Shown here: positions 47,644-58,139 of the stretch, piece by piece
How positions within the stretch are numbered: position 1 is the first letter of the stretch
How the letters are laid out: the number at the start of each line of letters is the position of its first letter
Origin: a virus
Direction: 5' to 3' (one strand)
Virus genome (UHGV): UHGV-2167453
DNA: 61,530 nt
The notes under the pieces: model-generated
The model's input: only the letters and a program-made list of their open reading frames with translations
Databases searched by the model: none
What the model was told of the DNA's origin: nothing
Program-made: the position numbers and the translations under genes

Positions 47644-48237
47644 TTAAGATACCCAGTTGTTTACTCCATCTTTCAATTCAGAAAAAGTATAGTATTCAAT
47701 ACCGTCTATTTTACTTCCGTTATCAAAAGGAGTCTCTGTTATTCCAATGAGAATAGGATTGTCAAAATTAGATCCGTATGAAAGTAATTGCTGATTTGGA
47801 TTCTTTCTGTCAATCTTTAATTCTATAATAATCGGTCTTCCATTCTTTTCTGCGTAAATATCTATTTTACCAATTCCTTTCACATATTTTTCTTCTTCAA
47901 TATGATCACATCCAGGGAATATTTTGTCAAAGTTATCTAATATTTCTTTTTTCATCTTAGCTTCGGTACATTCTCTAGCTTTGATACTTCTATAAGGAAG
48001 ATTTAAATCGGCATAAAGTGTTTCAGCCAAAAGAATTATTGTTCGTAAACCATAAATTTCGGAATACTCGTAGATTACCTGAGCAAGTATTCTTAGGTCT
48101 GCATTGTTTAATGCTGATTTCAATTCACTGCAAGCAATAAAAAATTCGGTAAAATTTTTGCATGAATCAAGAACTTTCAAAAGATCTTCTTTCTCCACTG
48201 TTTCATCATCAAACTTATAATTTTTTAATTCATTCAT
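47644..48237 (-). CDS. Hypothetical protein with possible PD-(D/E)XK-like motif (GKIDIYAE...IIIELK)
   Basis: Start MNELKNYKF with SD aaaggagaag. Confidence 0.35.
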   Translation of the reverse strand: MNELKNYKFDDETVEKEDLLKVLDSCKNFTEFFIACSELKSALNNADLRILAQVIYEYSEIYGLRTIILLAETLYADLNLPYRSIKARECTEAKMKKEILDNFDKIFPGCDHIEEEKYVKGIGKIDIYAEKNGRPIIIELKIDRKNPNQQLLSYGSNFDNPILIGITETPFDNGSKIDGIEYYTFSELKDGVNNWVS

Positions 48238-48486
48238 TTTTCTTCTCCTTTTCATAAAAACGTTGGTTTTTCCAAAAGGATGTGCTATTATAATTTAGTA
48301 AGCATCCTTTTAGATTGGTTGTTTTAAGAGTTGTTTCTTTGGTAGGTGGCAACTCTTATTTTTTTGTCAGAAATAGCAGAGCCTAAATCAATAGACTCTG
48401 CCACGTTCAATTCGTAACCAGCCGCATTACTGGTCGGTATTCCGTTTTTAGTATCCAGCACCATCAATGGAGTATATTAGAGAAAT

Positions 48487-48616
48487 AAAAAAGCCTGAGT
48501 ACGCTGAGAGTAAAGACAGTATTTTGTACTATCCTTTTTCTCAGTATACTCAGGCTGACGATTCCTGACCCTTGTTGATCTGAATCCCATTCGTTCTTCA
48601 CATATTTCTCGTCGCT
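48487..48616 (-). ncRNA. Candidate small RNA, copy B (~130 nt), paralog of copy A
   Basis: -35 ttgttt / 17 bp / TGnTATAAT (48623-48651, minus); 18-bp terminator stem agcctgagtatactgaga...tctcagcgtactcaggct + U5; ~70% identity to copy A with compensatory stem changes. Confidence 0.55.
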
Positions 48617-48640
48617 GATATTATTATAACACAAATGGAA

Positions 48641-48970
48641 TTAATAAACAACACGCGCAAGCAAAATATTTTCAATCAAATCAGTCAATGAAATAATTTC
48701 TCTCGCATGGTCAGAAATGAAATTGCAAAGGCGTTCCTCTGTTTCTATAGGAAGAGAAATTCCGTAGGTCATACAAACAGCGTGAGTCAGCTCATGGGAA
48801 AGAACGCGGTCAAACATGGTATCTGAGAGACGATTAGACAGATAGATTGTATTGGTCATTCTGTCAGTAACTCCTAGCGTGTAAACACCGTCTGACCGTC
48901 TCAGTAGCTCACTGGATGGATTTTCGTATTGGACATGCCATAATTCATCATTGATATAGAAATTCATCAA
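48641..48970 (-). CDS. Small HExxH metallopeptidase-motif protein (ImmA/IrrE-like candidate)
   Basis: ...VLSHELTHAV... HExxH; 109 aa. Confidence 0.4.
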   Translation of the reverse strand: MMNFYINDELWHVQYENPSSELLRRSDGVYTLGVTDRMTNTIYLSNRLSDTMFDRVLSHELTHAVCMTYGISLPIETEERLCNFISDHAREIISLTDLIENILLARVVY

Positions 48971-49011
48971 ATCACCTACTTAAAAAGGGAAGGCTTTCAC
49001 CCTCCCGTAAA

Positions 49012-49644
49012 TTACATCTTATTGATGAGAGTCGCAAGCTTTGATTTTGCAAGAGTTCTCTCTTCCGGCGTCATGTCAGAAATCAGATCAGTCACGTCTT
49101 TTCCAAGTTCTGTCATGTAAGATTCAAGCTCATGCATCTTCGTGTCCTTGTCCTTGTGTGTATCTCTTGCGTCTGTATAGCCACGGCGAGCCATATCATA
49201 GCGACTGGATGATTTAGGCTCTGTGTAATACATTCTTCCGTGCTTGTCTCTGTCCATGTCACGATCAGTGTCCCAGTTACGATACATCTCAGGAGTCATG
49301 TGCCAATAAGGCGGCTCATTGTATCCTCTTCTCATTCCGTGACCTTTCGGAGCGAATCTGCCGGATTTATAACGGTATTCGTCATAATATCTCCTGGCAT
49401 CCTCTTCACCGTACTGGTCTTTGAACATTTTCAGAAGATACTTCTCTTCCTCTTTTTCATCTTCATCGGCTTCTTCCATAGCTTTTGAGATTCTTGCATG
49501 GTATTCAGCATCTGCAAGGTCTTTAATCATGTCGATGACCTGTCCCATTTCACAAGTATTAACGTTTTCAATACCGCTGGAAAGTTCAGAACAAGCGCAC
49601 TCAGAAAGTTTTTCAATCAATTCATGGATATGTTTGATATGCAT
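49012..49644 (-). CDS. Hypothetical charged protein (RD/DR-rich middle region)
   Basis: 210-aa ORF. Confidence 0.3.
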   Translation of the reverse strand: MHIKHIHELIEKLSECACSELSSGIENVNTCEMGQVIDMIKDLADAEYHARISKAMEEADEDEKEEEKYLLKMFKDQYGEEDARRYYDEYRYKSGRFAPKGHGMRRGYNEPPYWHMTPEMYRNWDTDRDMDRDKHGRMYYTEPKSSSRYDMARRGYTDARDTHKDKDTKMHELESYMTELGKDVTDLISDMTPEERTLAKSKLATLINKM

Positions 49645-49658
49645 AACATTCTCACCTC

Positions 49659-50081
49659 CTAAGCTTCACGAGTCACAACAAGGTTAGCGTTTGCCACGTT
49701 GATTGCCTGTGTACTTGTATTCTCAACAGCAATATTCACACAACATCCGGCCGGTACGTCAATATAGATACCAGCAGATACATTGTTGTACTGGTCAACT
49801 GCTGCCGGAGTGCTAATCATCTGAGAAGACAGAACAGGCTCTCCGCTGATTGCAATTGCCAGTGAGATTGCTCCGGCTGTACCTCCGGTCGGTACTGCGA
49901 TATTTGCTGAAAAATCAACAAAATAGCGCGCTCTGCACTGATTTGTGATTCCTCTCAGAGTCACGATTCCAGAACCCTCACGATGTTTGATGCAGTTATT
50001 TCCTTGAACTGCCGTGTTTGTAAAGATAACATTTCCGTTCACTGCTACTTCTTGAGCAGAAACATTTGTAAACTCAGCCAT
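49659..50081 (-). CDS. BclA C-terminal-domain-like / C1q-TNF-like protein (stand-alone)
   Basis: 140 aa, beta-rich ...FVDFSANIAVPTGGTAGAISLAIAISGEPVLSSQ...NVSAGIYIDVPAGCCVNIAVENTS...LVVTREA resembles exosporium BclA CTD. Confidence 0.45.
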   Translation of the reverse strand: MAEFTNVSAQEVAVNGNVIFTNTAVQGNNCIKHREGSGIVTLRGITNQCRARYFVDFSANIAVPTGGTAGAISLAIAISGEPVLSSQMISTPAAVDQYNNVSAGIYIDVPAGCCVNIAVENTSTQAINVANANLVVTREA

Positions 50082-50730
50082 TTTTTTCCCTCGCTTTCTT
50101 ATTTCTTTTTGAAATCATTGTTGGCTTCGAAATTGCTTCTTGAAAGCTCCATCCAAGTTTGTGTATTCGATTGTGTACCCTTTTGTAATTCAGGTCCATT
50201 TTTTTGCAAAAATCCATTAAATCTAATTTTTCTCCATCAAAAATTATTTCGTAACTCGATCTCCTGTTTTTTGCTTGTTCTCCAAGAGAAATCCATTCGC
50301 AATTTTCCGGACAGTAATTTTGGTTAACATCTTTTCTTTCTATGGTAGCAGAATCAAAATACCCGTTTTCTAATGACCATTTTTCAAAATTCAAAAAATT
50401 ATGCCATTCATCGCAAAGCTTAATCCCACGGCCACCGTAGTGTTTGTAGGAAAGCGAGTTTTTATTATAACATCTGCTTTTTATGCCGCACCAAATAGAA
50501 TATAACCTTCTGCTTCCTTCTCTAACGTAACTATTCCAAGCTTTTCTATGTTTTAAGCAACCACAGCTTTTAACGCCACCTGTTTTTAAATTACTTCCGG
50601 AAACAACAGTATAATTTCCACAATCGCATCTGCACTTCCACATTGCCTTTCCGCTTTTAGAGCTTTCCATTCTTTCGATAACAGTTAGCTTGTTAAATTT
50701 TTTACCTGAAATATCATCTATTTTACTCAT
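50074..50730 (-). CDS. Putative HNH/AP2-type homing endonuclease
   Basis: N-terminal NKLTVIERMESSKSGKAMWKCRCDCGNYTVVSGSNLKTGGVKSCGCL zinc-binding motif typical of phage homing endonucleases. Confidence 0.45.
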   Translation of the reverse strand: MSKIDDISGKKFNKLTVIERMESSKSGKAMWKCRCDCGNYTVVSGSNLKTGGVKSCGCLKHRKAWNSYVREGSRRLYSIWCGIKSRCYNKNSLSYKHYGGRGIKLCDEWHNFLNFEKWSLENGYFDSATIERKDVNQNYCPENCEWISLGEQAKNRRSSYEIIFDGEKLDLMDFCKKMDLNYKRVHNRIHKLGWSFQEAISKPTMISKRNKKAREKNG

Positions 50731-51090
50731 TTATAAAATCCTCCCAACTTCCTTGATGGCTACTTTTATTCTATCATAAAATAATGAATATTTCAAAGTA
50801 AATCAAGGGACAAACCGTTTACAGTCTGCCCCTTGTATTCGTAATACTGCTTATAGCAGACATAACATTTAAGTTAAGTTACTCATTCGTCTTGGAAAGA
50901 ATCTCCAAGATTTGATTTTGATTGGAAATTATCTTTTCGAGATACTCCCTGTCCTGTCTCTGCAAGGCTCTTAGCAAGTCATCATTAGACGTTTGCTTCT
51001 GATCTTTGTCGTATCCAATCATCTGCAAGATAACGGAAAAGACGTTCAACATATCAAGAAAAGAGTAGTTTCCGTTTTGATTGTTGGTCA

Positions 51091-51870
51091 TTAACAACCA
51101 CATCCATTACCGCATCCGTAATACACATTCGGGTTAGGTACCTGATATGCCGGAATTGGTGCCGGGTTCACAGCATTGATAATCTGATTTGTCTGAGCTG
51201 TCATTGCAGTAGTCAGAAGAGCATTCTGTCTATCCTGTGAAGCTGCAAGTCTCAGATCGTTGTTCTCAGCCTGTAATGTAGCGATCTTATCCTGGCAGAG
51301 GTAATCAAGGATTGCTCTTGTTCCAGCGTTCTGGCTCTCAATGATGTCACGAGTGTTCGTATTCATTGTGTTCTGCAAAGCGCATGTGTCCTGTGCCATG
51401 TCAAATCTTACCTGAGAAATAGCTTCTCTGTTCTGGCAGCAACAATCGGCAAGCTGTGCCTGTAATGCATTCTGCCCCTGCATCAAAGCAACATTTGTTG
51501 TGTTGAATCCCTGCTGTGTCTGGTATCCCAGATTGCAGATTGCGTTGTCAATTCCGTGGAATCCATTCATCAGAGCTGTATTCTGAGCGTAAAAGCCATC
51601 ACACAATCCATTGTTGATTCCGTCCAGTTTTCCAACAATGTTCTGAGTATCGAATCCCCTCTGAATGTCAGCCTGTGTAGCTACTGTTGCTGCATAACCG
51701 CCACCATTTCCGAATCCGTTACCAAATCCATTGTTTCCCCAGCCAAAAAGCAGTGCGAATACGACGATGATCCATAACCATCCCCCGTCTCCCCAACCAG
51801 CTCCATCAGCGTAACCGCCTGTTGCTGGCATGACTGGCATTGTAAAAGGTGTGTTAGTTGAGTTAAACAT
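51091..51870 (-). CDS. Secreted/membrane Gly- and Asn/Gln-rich protein with C-terminal CGNGCGC
   Basis: TM segment WLWIIVVFALLFGW then GNNGFGNGFGNGGG and Q/N-rich repeats. Confidence 0.4.
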   Translation of the reverse strand: MFNSTNTPFTMPVMPATGGYADGAGWGDGGWLWIIVVFALLFGWGNNGFGNGFGNGGGYAATVATQADIQRGFDTQNIVGKLDGINNGLCDGFYAQNTALMNGFHGIDNAICNLGYQTQQGFNTTNVALMQGQNALQAQLADCCCQNREAISQVRFDMAQDTCALQNTMNTNTRDIIESQNAGTRAILDYLCQDKIATLQAENNDLRLAASQDRQNALLTTAMTAQTNQIINAVNPAPIPAYQVPNPNVYYGCGNGCGC

Positions 51871-51937
51871 ATTAGTTCCTCCTTAATTTTATTCATAAAG
51901 AGGTTTCTCGAGTTTCTGTGCACAAACCTCTAATATG

Positions 51938-52156
51938 CTATAATCCAAACTTACTTCTTATTTGATTCATAAGTTCATCAACATTTGTTCCTTGTTCTTT
52001 CCCAAGGTTCCTTGCCAACTGCTCTATTCCTTTCATGTCTCCTTTTTGAGCCATATCAAGAGCATTCTTGGCCATGGGGTTGTTCATTACTTGATTATTC
52101 CCCATCATCTGTTTTAAAAACTGCTGAGGATTTCCGAAAAGGTTAATTGGGTTCAT
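51938..52156 (-). CDS. Hypothetical small protein
   Basis: 72-aa ORF. Confidence 0.3.
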   Translation of the reverse strand: MNPINLFGNPQQFLKQMMGNNQVMNNPMAKNALDMAQKGDMKGIEQLARNLGKEQGTNVDELMNQIRSKFGL

Positions 52157-52659
52157 TCTCCGTCACCATCCTTTTTGACTGTAGACCGTGTTTTCGGTTT
52201 GTTGTTGCTCATAGAGTTTTCCAGTTCATCAAGCTTACGTCCAAGCTCGTCAAATCTCTTCATAAACGCTTCTGTCGCATCGTCAGATAGCCCTATTTTC
52301 ATTTCTGATTGAGTAGACGGTAAATTGTCTGTCCGCTGATTTTGAACAGGCTTAAAGACGATTGTCTGAATAGTTCCGTTGGCAGTCCATGACTTCAAAT
52401 AGATTTCAGACAAGTCATTTTTGGGAAACAGCGCATAAGGAGCGTTCATTGGAACGTCACTTGCCTGTATCGTCTCTTGACTGTCAACAATGTGCCCGAT
52501 CAACTGTGGCTGCTGAATCTGCTGTGGGACCTGTTGCATCTGGTTGTAAACAGGTTGCTGTTGAGCTTGCATCTGTTGAACTGGTTGCTGATATGGAGTT
52601 CCGTACCTCTGCTGATTCTGTTGTAAGTACGGATTTCCAAAATATGGATTCTCGTACAT
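52153..52659 (-). CDS. Gln-rich hypothetical protein
   Basis: Start MYENPYFGNPY with SD aggagg; QQ-rich N-terminus. Confidence 0.4.
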   Translation of the reverse strand: MYENPYFGNPYLQQNQQRYGTPYQQPVQQMQAQQQPVYNQMQQVPQQIQQPQLIGHIVDSQETIQASDVPMNAPYALFPKNDLSEIYLKSWTANGTIQTIVFKPVQNQRTDNLPSTQSEMKIGLSDDATEAFMKRFDELGRKLDELENSMSNNKPKTRSTVKKDGDGE

Positions 52660-52948
52660 GATAGACCTCCTATCTTTCACACACATCCTCAAGTATCTCT
52701 TCCCTTGAAGCGAACGGTTTATCAGTGTAGAATCTTCTGTCAATCACATCTTCTACAACATGAACAACCGTTGACTGATATTCAAGTGGGATGCCATTGA
52801 GACGATCATCACTGAATATCTGAACAAGTATCGCATCTGAAAACATTTGACCGCCTCCTTATGGTTAAATTTTCGCATAAAAAAAGAGAAGCAAGTTTTC
52901 ACTTTCTTCTCATATTTATGTCATATAGTGGCTCTATTTTATTTACTA

Positions 52949-53230
52949 TTTTGCGTACACACTTTTGCTGTGTACCGTACACACTTTTTACACACTTTTG
53001 CTGTGTAAATTCGTGTAAATACGTGTAATTTTATGAAATTCAGTGTGTATGCCAAATTGCTTGAAACCCTTATAAACTCAGTGTTAGAACGGTGTTCCAT
53101 ACAGATCATAAGGTGTCACCTGATATACGTAATAAGTTTACAAAGTTTAGTACAAAATGCTCCAAAAATCCTTTATTTTAAGGCTTTTTTATGTTGGCAA
53201 GTGTGTAACTTACACACCATTTACACACTT
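52949..53230. promoter_or_regulatory. Candidate attP region with repeated TACACAC(T)TTT arm-type motifs adjacent to integrase 3' end
   Basis: tacacacttttgctgtgta at 52956-52974 and 52989-53007; tacacacttttt 52979-52990; further tacacac/gtgtaa copies at 53200-53228. Confidence 0.45.
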
Positions 53231-54419
53231 ATGAAATTTTTTGTTTGAAATCCACGATATTATTTGGCGTATTATCTACCAGTTTTTCAATATCATTAAA
53301 AGATTTTTCTTTCGTAACATGAGTATATAAATCAAGAGTCATTTTAACACTTGCATGACCTAAATATGATTGAACAACTTTAGGATCGATTTCGTGTTCA
53401 AAACATCGAGTGGCAAATGTATGCCTAAATGTATGTCCACTAAAATTTTTGAACAAATCATTGTTCGGTCGCAACAAATTTATTTCTCTTATAACTGCAT
53501 GTATAGCATCTGCATATATCACTGAATTCATCGGAGTATTGTACTTTGTAGTGAACAAAAAATCATTCTGTTCTTTTGGTCTCTTGCTTGATACTATCGC
53601 TTTTTGTTGAATCTGTCTTTCAAGATATATTTTACAAACGCTGTTTATTGGGACTTTCCTATAACTCTGCTTTGTTTTTGGTTCTTCTAGGTGAAAAGTC
53701 TTTCTTGTATCTGTAAGGTACTTTTGGTACACTAACGTTTTGTTTACATCGATGAACCCATTTTCAAAATCGATATCTGATTCTGTCAACGCAAAAAGTT
53801 CTCCTGGTCTCATTCCAGTATTTACTGCAACATTAAACATATTATCATAAAATGTATTTTTGCAATATTTAAAGAAAATGTTCTGTTCTTCAAGAGTAAG
53901 AGATTTGGCTTTAGATTCTTTCTTGTCTATAACTTTGGATCCTAAAACTGGGTTTTTTGAAATCAGATTATCTTCAAGTGCTCTGGCCATTAGATCTGAT
54001 AATATGACTTTGATTTTATTTTGCCTTTCATACCCATATCCATTTGTATGAGCCAATGTTATTATTCTTTGAATATCTGATTTAACCAAAGAATTTATGT
54101 TGCGATTTCCTATAAAAGGTGATATATTCTTATTGTATATGTGAGTGTATTCTCTAAGAGTATTAGGGCGTACACTCTTTTCTTTATATATCTTTATCCA
54201 TTGATTAAACCAATTATCCAATTTTACGGTTTCTCTTACACTTACAAATGTTTCATTTTCTGCAATTTTAACAGCAAGATCTTTTCTCAACTCAGATAAC
54301 TTTTTTGAATATATTGTCTTTGAATTGCCAAACCTATCTTTATATCTTCCTTGATAGGTCCCGTTTTTTCTTTGAGTTATCCCAACTCCTAGTTCTTTTC
54401 CTCTTAAATCCTTTCCCAT
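53229..54419 (-). CDS. int: Tyrosine recombinase / phage integrase
   Basis: 396 aa; C-terminal ...SGHTFRHTFAT...LGHASVKMTLDLYTHV catalytic R-H-R-Y signature. Confidence 0.85.
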   Translation of the reverse strand: MGKDLRGKELGVGITQRKNGTYQGRYKDRFGNSKTIYSKKLSELRKDLAVKIAENETFVSVRETVKLDNWFNQWIKIYKEKSVRPNTLREYTHIYNKNISPFIGNRNINSLVKSDIQRIITLAHTNGYGYERQNKIKVILSDLMARALEDNLISKNPVLGSKVIDKKESKAKSLTLEEQNIFFKYCKNTFYDNMFNVAVNTGMRPGELFALTESDIDFENGFIDVNKTLVYQKYLTDTRKTFHLEEPKTKQSYRKVPINSVCKIYLERQIQQKAIVSSKRPKEQNDFLFTTKYNTPMNSVIYADAIHAVIREINLLRPNNDLFKNFSGHTFRHTFATRCFEHEIDPKVVQSYLGHASVKMTLDLYTHVTKEKSFNDIEKLVDNTPNNIVDFKQKIS

Positions 54420-54496
54420 TATTTTTTTGCTCCTTCCATTTACAAAAGAGCCACTATACAGCTACATATTACTATATAAAGGCTCATATTTCAATG

Positions 54497-54901
54497 TTAG
54501 ACTTCAATTGTTTTTTCAATATACTTCTCAAATTCTTTTCTTTTAACTAATCTCTTACCTTTTCCAACGCAAAAAAGGAACGGGCATCCTGGTTCGTTCA
54601 GCATGGAACTTATCTTATTAACACCAATGTTGCTATACTGCGAAGCTTCTTCCACTGTGAGCATTACCTTTTCCCATACAGGAATACTATTGTCTTTCAA
54701 TTTTACTACCTCCATCACTTTGGACATTATACTTTTTACTCGTCTGTTTACAGTTGATTCTGAAACAGAAAGCTTTTCCGAAATTTCAATTATGCTTTTT
54801 CCTTTTGATAACATAATAAAAATTCTCAATTCTTCATCGGTAAAGTTACATTCTTTTATGTAATAATTTATCTCGCTTTTTACACATTTACATAACTTCA
54901 T
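54497..54901 (-). CDS. Excisionase-like DNA-binding protein with N-terminal sigma-70 region-4/LuxR-type HTH
   Basis: SESTVNRRVKSIMSKV HTH plus C-terminal LTVEEASQYSNIGVNKISSML...GKGKRLVKRKEFEKYIE Xis-type HTH_17; directly upstream of int. Confidence 0.55.
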   Translation of the reverse strand: MKLCKCVKSEINYYIKECNFTDEELRIFIMLSKGKSIIEISEKLSVSESTVNRRVKSIMSKVMEVVKLKDNSIPVWEKVMLTVEEASQYSNIGVNKISSMLNEPGCPFLFCVGKGKRLVKRKEFEKYIEKTIEV

Positions 54902-55937
54902 ACGCGGCCCTCTTTCAATGGAGTGGCTAAACCACTATATCCCGGCTCAAATCCACTCCCATACGTTCTATTCATTCATGTGGCAACTCGCTTAAATATT
55001 CCCCTTGTTTCTTCACAAGGTTAGCTGCTTCATATGGTTTTGTTCTGAAACGTCTAACAGCTTTTACGCTAGGTGTGCTACTCGCAAGCTTTCCATGTTT
55101 AATATCTCCACGGAACTTCATTGATTTTGATCCTTTATTCATCTTCGTTTACCTCTTCTTTCAACCATTGTTCAAATCCAGTATGTCCCTTGTCGCACAT
55201 ATCTTGTACAAGACATTCAGAGCAGACTCCGGCAATCTTGCAGAGTTCTCTTGACAGCTCCATGTCGGACATTGATCGGATTTTATCTCCGTTTGTCATA
55301 ATAATCACTCCAATCCAATCTCTGACCACATCGGCTGCAATATTTTCCATAAGGATTGTCTATTCCTCTAACTGTTTCACCACAAACCGGACAATCGGCT
55401 CTATTGGTTGATGCATATGTTACAGGCCTCTTCGGGATTTGTTTCTTCATAGCAGCTACTGCCATCTCCTTTGCTTTAATATTCTCTTCACTATTGGATG
55501 TATCCAATCCTTCAATGATTCTGATCGCATCTTCCATCTATACATCACCCTCCGCTCTATGTAATGATCTATCGGTAATAAACCCTTCCGGATACCTTGC
55601 TTTCATTATTCTCTTCCTTCCCATTCATCACATGAATCGTCATATTCTATCCAGTCTGCATAATATTCACTTCGGTCATTAACACACACCCAACCATCAC
55701 CTATATCATCATAACGATTGTACTTGCACGTTCCGCAACATTTATCATTCGACATAATTCTTATCCTCCTAAAACCACGCCCAAAGAAACGCAAGCGCAA
55801 TCACAATTGCATGAAAGCATTTCCATAATACCCACGCAAGTTCACTTTTTTCGTTCCGGCGATTATTAATCAGCCACATCCATATTGCACTATAACCGAT
55901 TATCCCAACCACAATGCTTGCGATTCTCAATCCTAGC

Positions 55938-56429
55938 TTAATCTGTTCCATGCACATTCTCCTCTTCTAACAGTTCAGGATTGTCAAATACGTTGCCGAC
56001 AACTTCCATCTCATTTAACTTGATATACGTGTCCGTAAGTGGCATCGAATAACAGAACGGCTCGCATTTACTTAATTCATCCGTTGGAATCACTTCATAA
56101 TGCCATCCAATTACACTGTCTATTACTTCTTCACTTTCCACTTCTATGACGTTAAACTCTCCGAATACTGCTTTTACAAGATCATCCGGATTACCATGAC
56201 ACATCAAAATGTCGTTTTCCCATATTTCCTCGCCTTTTAAATCAGTCAAATTCACATATCGGCAAATCGTATTTTCATCAATCAGAAATTCACCCTCAAG
56301 ACTTTTATCGTAAATATAATTCTCGTCACTAAGATAGCCATGTACCCATGTTCCGTTGAGATGCTCATTACCTGAAGTTGCATGAATATGTTTCGCTCTG
56401 AAAAGTTTTTCTCTATTCATAACTGTCAA
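55938..56429 (-). CDS. YopX-like protein
   Basis: KLFRAKHIHATSGNEHLNGTWVHGYL...GEEIWENDILM pattern of YopX family. Confidence 0.45.
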   Translation of the reverse strand: MTVMNREKLFRAKHIHATSGNEHLNGTWVHGYLSDENYIYDKSLEGEFLIDENTICRYVNLTDLKGEEIWENDILMCHGNPDDLVKAVFGEFNVIEVESEEVIDSVIGWHYEVIPTDELSKCEPFCYSMPLTDTYIKLNEMEVVGNVFDNPELLEEENVHGTD

Positions 56430-58139
56430 CCACCTCCAACTTCTTCAGATCCTCAATAAGCCACGGTTCGGAGTCTGGCCATTTAATCATTGGAAAATCA
56501 ACATCAGCACAATCATCCAAACAAAAACAATCACAATTATTTCTTGACCAAAAAACATCAAGTTTGTCTGGCTTCGCGCTGTATACGTATAAATAATTTG
56601 TCTTGTCTCTTGCAATATATTCATACTTTTCTATGAGATACTCCAAAAACTCTCTGTCTCTCTTGCTTATCACTGGCTTTTCGATGTACTCTGACTCTGC
56701 CCACTCTCTTCTTGCCTTGTCACAGTCTTCCATCTTCAAAAACAAACAAGCTGCACATGGAGCGTCACAGCAATCCGCAACTTCATTCGTATTTTTATTA
56801 ACCCTAAAATCGTGTCCTTTGCAAGCAATCTCCACAATCTCTGTTGCAAACCTCTCTTTATTCTTCATCCTTATTACTCCTATCCTTAGCGCACTCATCA
56901 CAATCACCATTCGCAGCTCCGAAGCAACCGCAACAAGCATTTGTCTGCTCTTTATTTTTCACCTCTTCCAACAATCCATTCACAACCAGTTCGCACTCAA
57001 TCTCGGTTGCTGTCCGCTTGTCGCTGAATTTACAGTTTGGATTCTTGTGGATTCGTGCATCCTTGATCGGCCATTCAGATTCCGTAAAATGCTTACTGTC
57101 CACAAACATTACTCTGTGTCCGTTCTTCACGCAGAGATAGTAACTCTCTGCGCTTTTCGGAAGTCCTCGGCAAGGCTTGAACCCGAACCGCATAAACTCA
57201 CTTGCCTTTACTACTGGTTTTAGTCTCATTTCTGTTCCCTCTTTCTTCTTGCCATGACCATGTGCTTTCCGCTTTTCTGCAATTCACCATAAATCGAATC
57301 ACATATTGCTGATATCCCAATGTTTCTCGACAGGCTCTCAAAATAATTTGTATCCGTCTTTTCCCATGTCCTTGTTGGTGCGTGGTAAAATCTTCCGTCT
57401 GCTGTCTCTACCATCGTCTGTTCCTCACATGCTGTAGGTGTGTAGAATTTCACACATATACCTCGTACACCTGATTCGTAACATCTGATTTTGTCACCGA
57501 TATCAAACCTTCTCATTTTTCTCTTCCTCTGTGATACTTCACTTTATTGTTTTTGATTGCATCCAATACAGTTCTTTTCAATTTTTCATCTGTAATCGCT
57601 ATTACTTTCCCATGTTCCAATCTTCTTTCTTCAACAAGATATATAACGTTGCTCACCTTGTCCAAATCAAGTATTGCGATATCTTCCGGATGCATAAACA
57701 AAATACGTTTATTTGACAGCTCTATTTTTAGCCTGGCTTCTTCAAGCGCTCTTATAAAGTCTTTACCATTCATCTTTTCTTTCCTTTTCAACTAAACAGT
57801 TATGACCGCCGGATTTACAACGCCGTCACCGTCATATCCATAATCTTTGTTGTGCCATTTTCTTAGACATTCTCCGTATTCCCAACATTGAGAAAGAATA
57901 CTGACAGCTGCTCCGTACATAAATCTTGAGATTCCCTCTTGATCCGCTTCATGGCTCAGCTGCTTTGCATTATCAACAATAACTTTCATTTCGTCTTCTT
58001 CTGATGCTTCTATCTTCTCTTCCATCATTCCTGCCCATCTTTCAGCATATGTAAAACACGCTCTACCGTATGGATTACTGTTTTTTTCATACCAGTCTTT
58101 ATATTCCTGTTCTTTACCTTTTACAATTTTCATCTTCAT

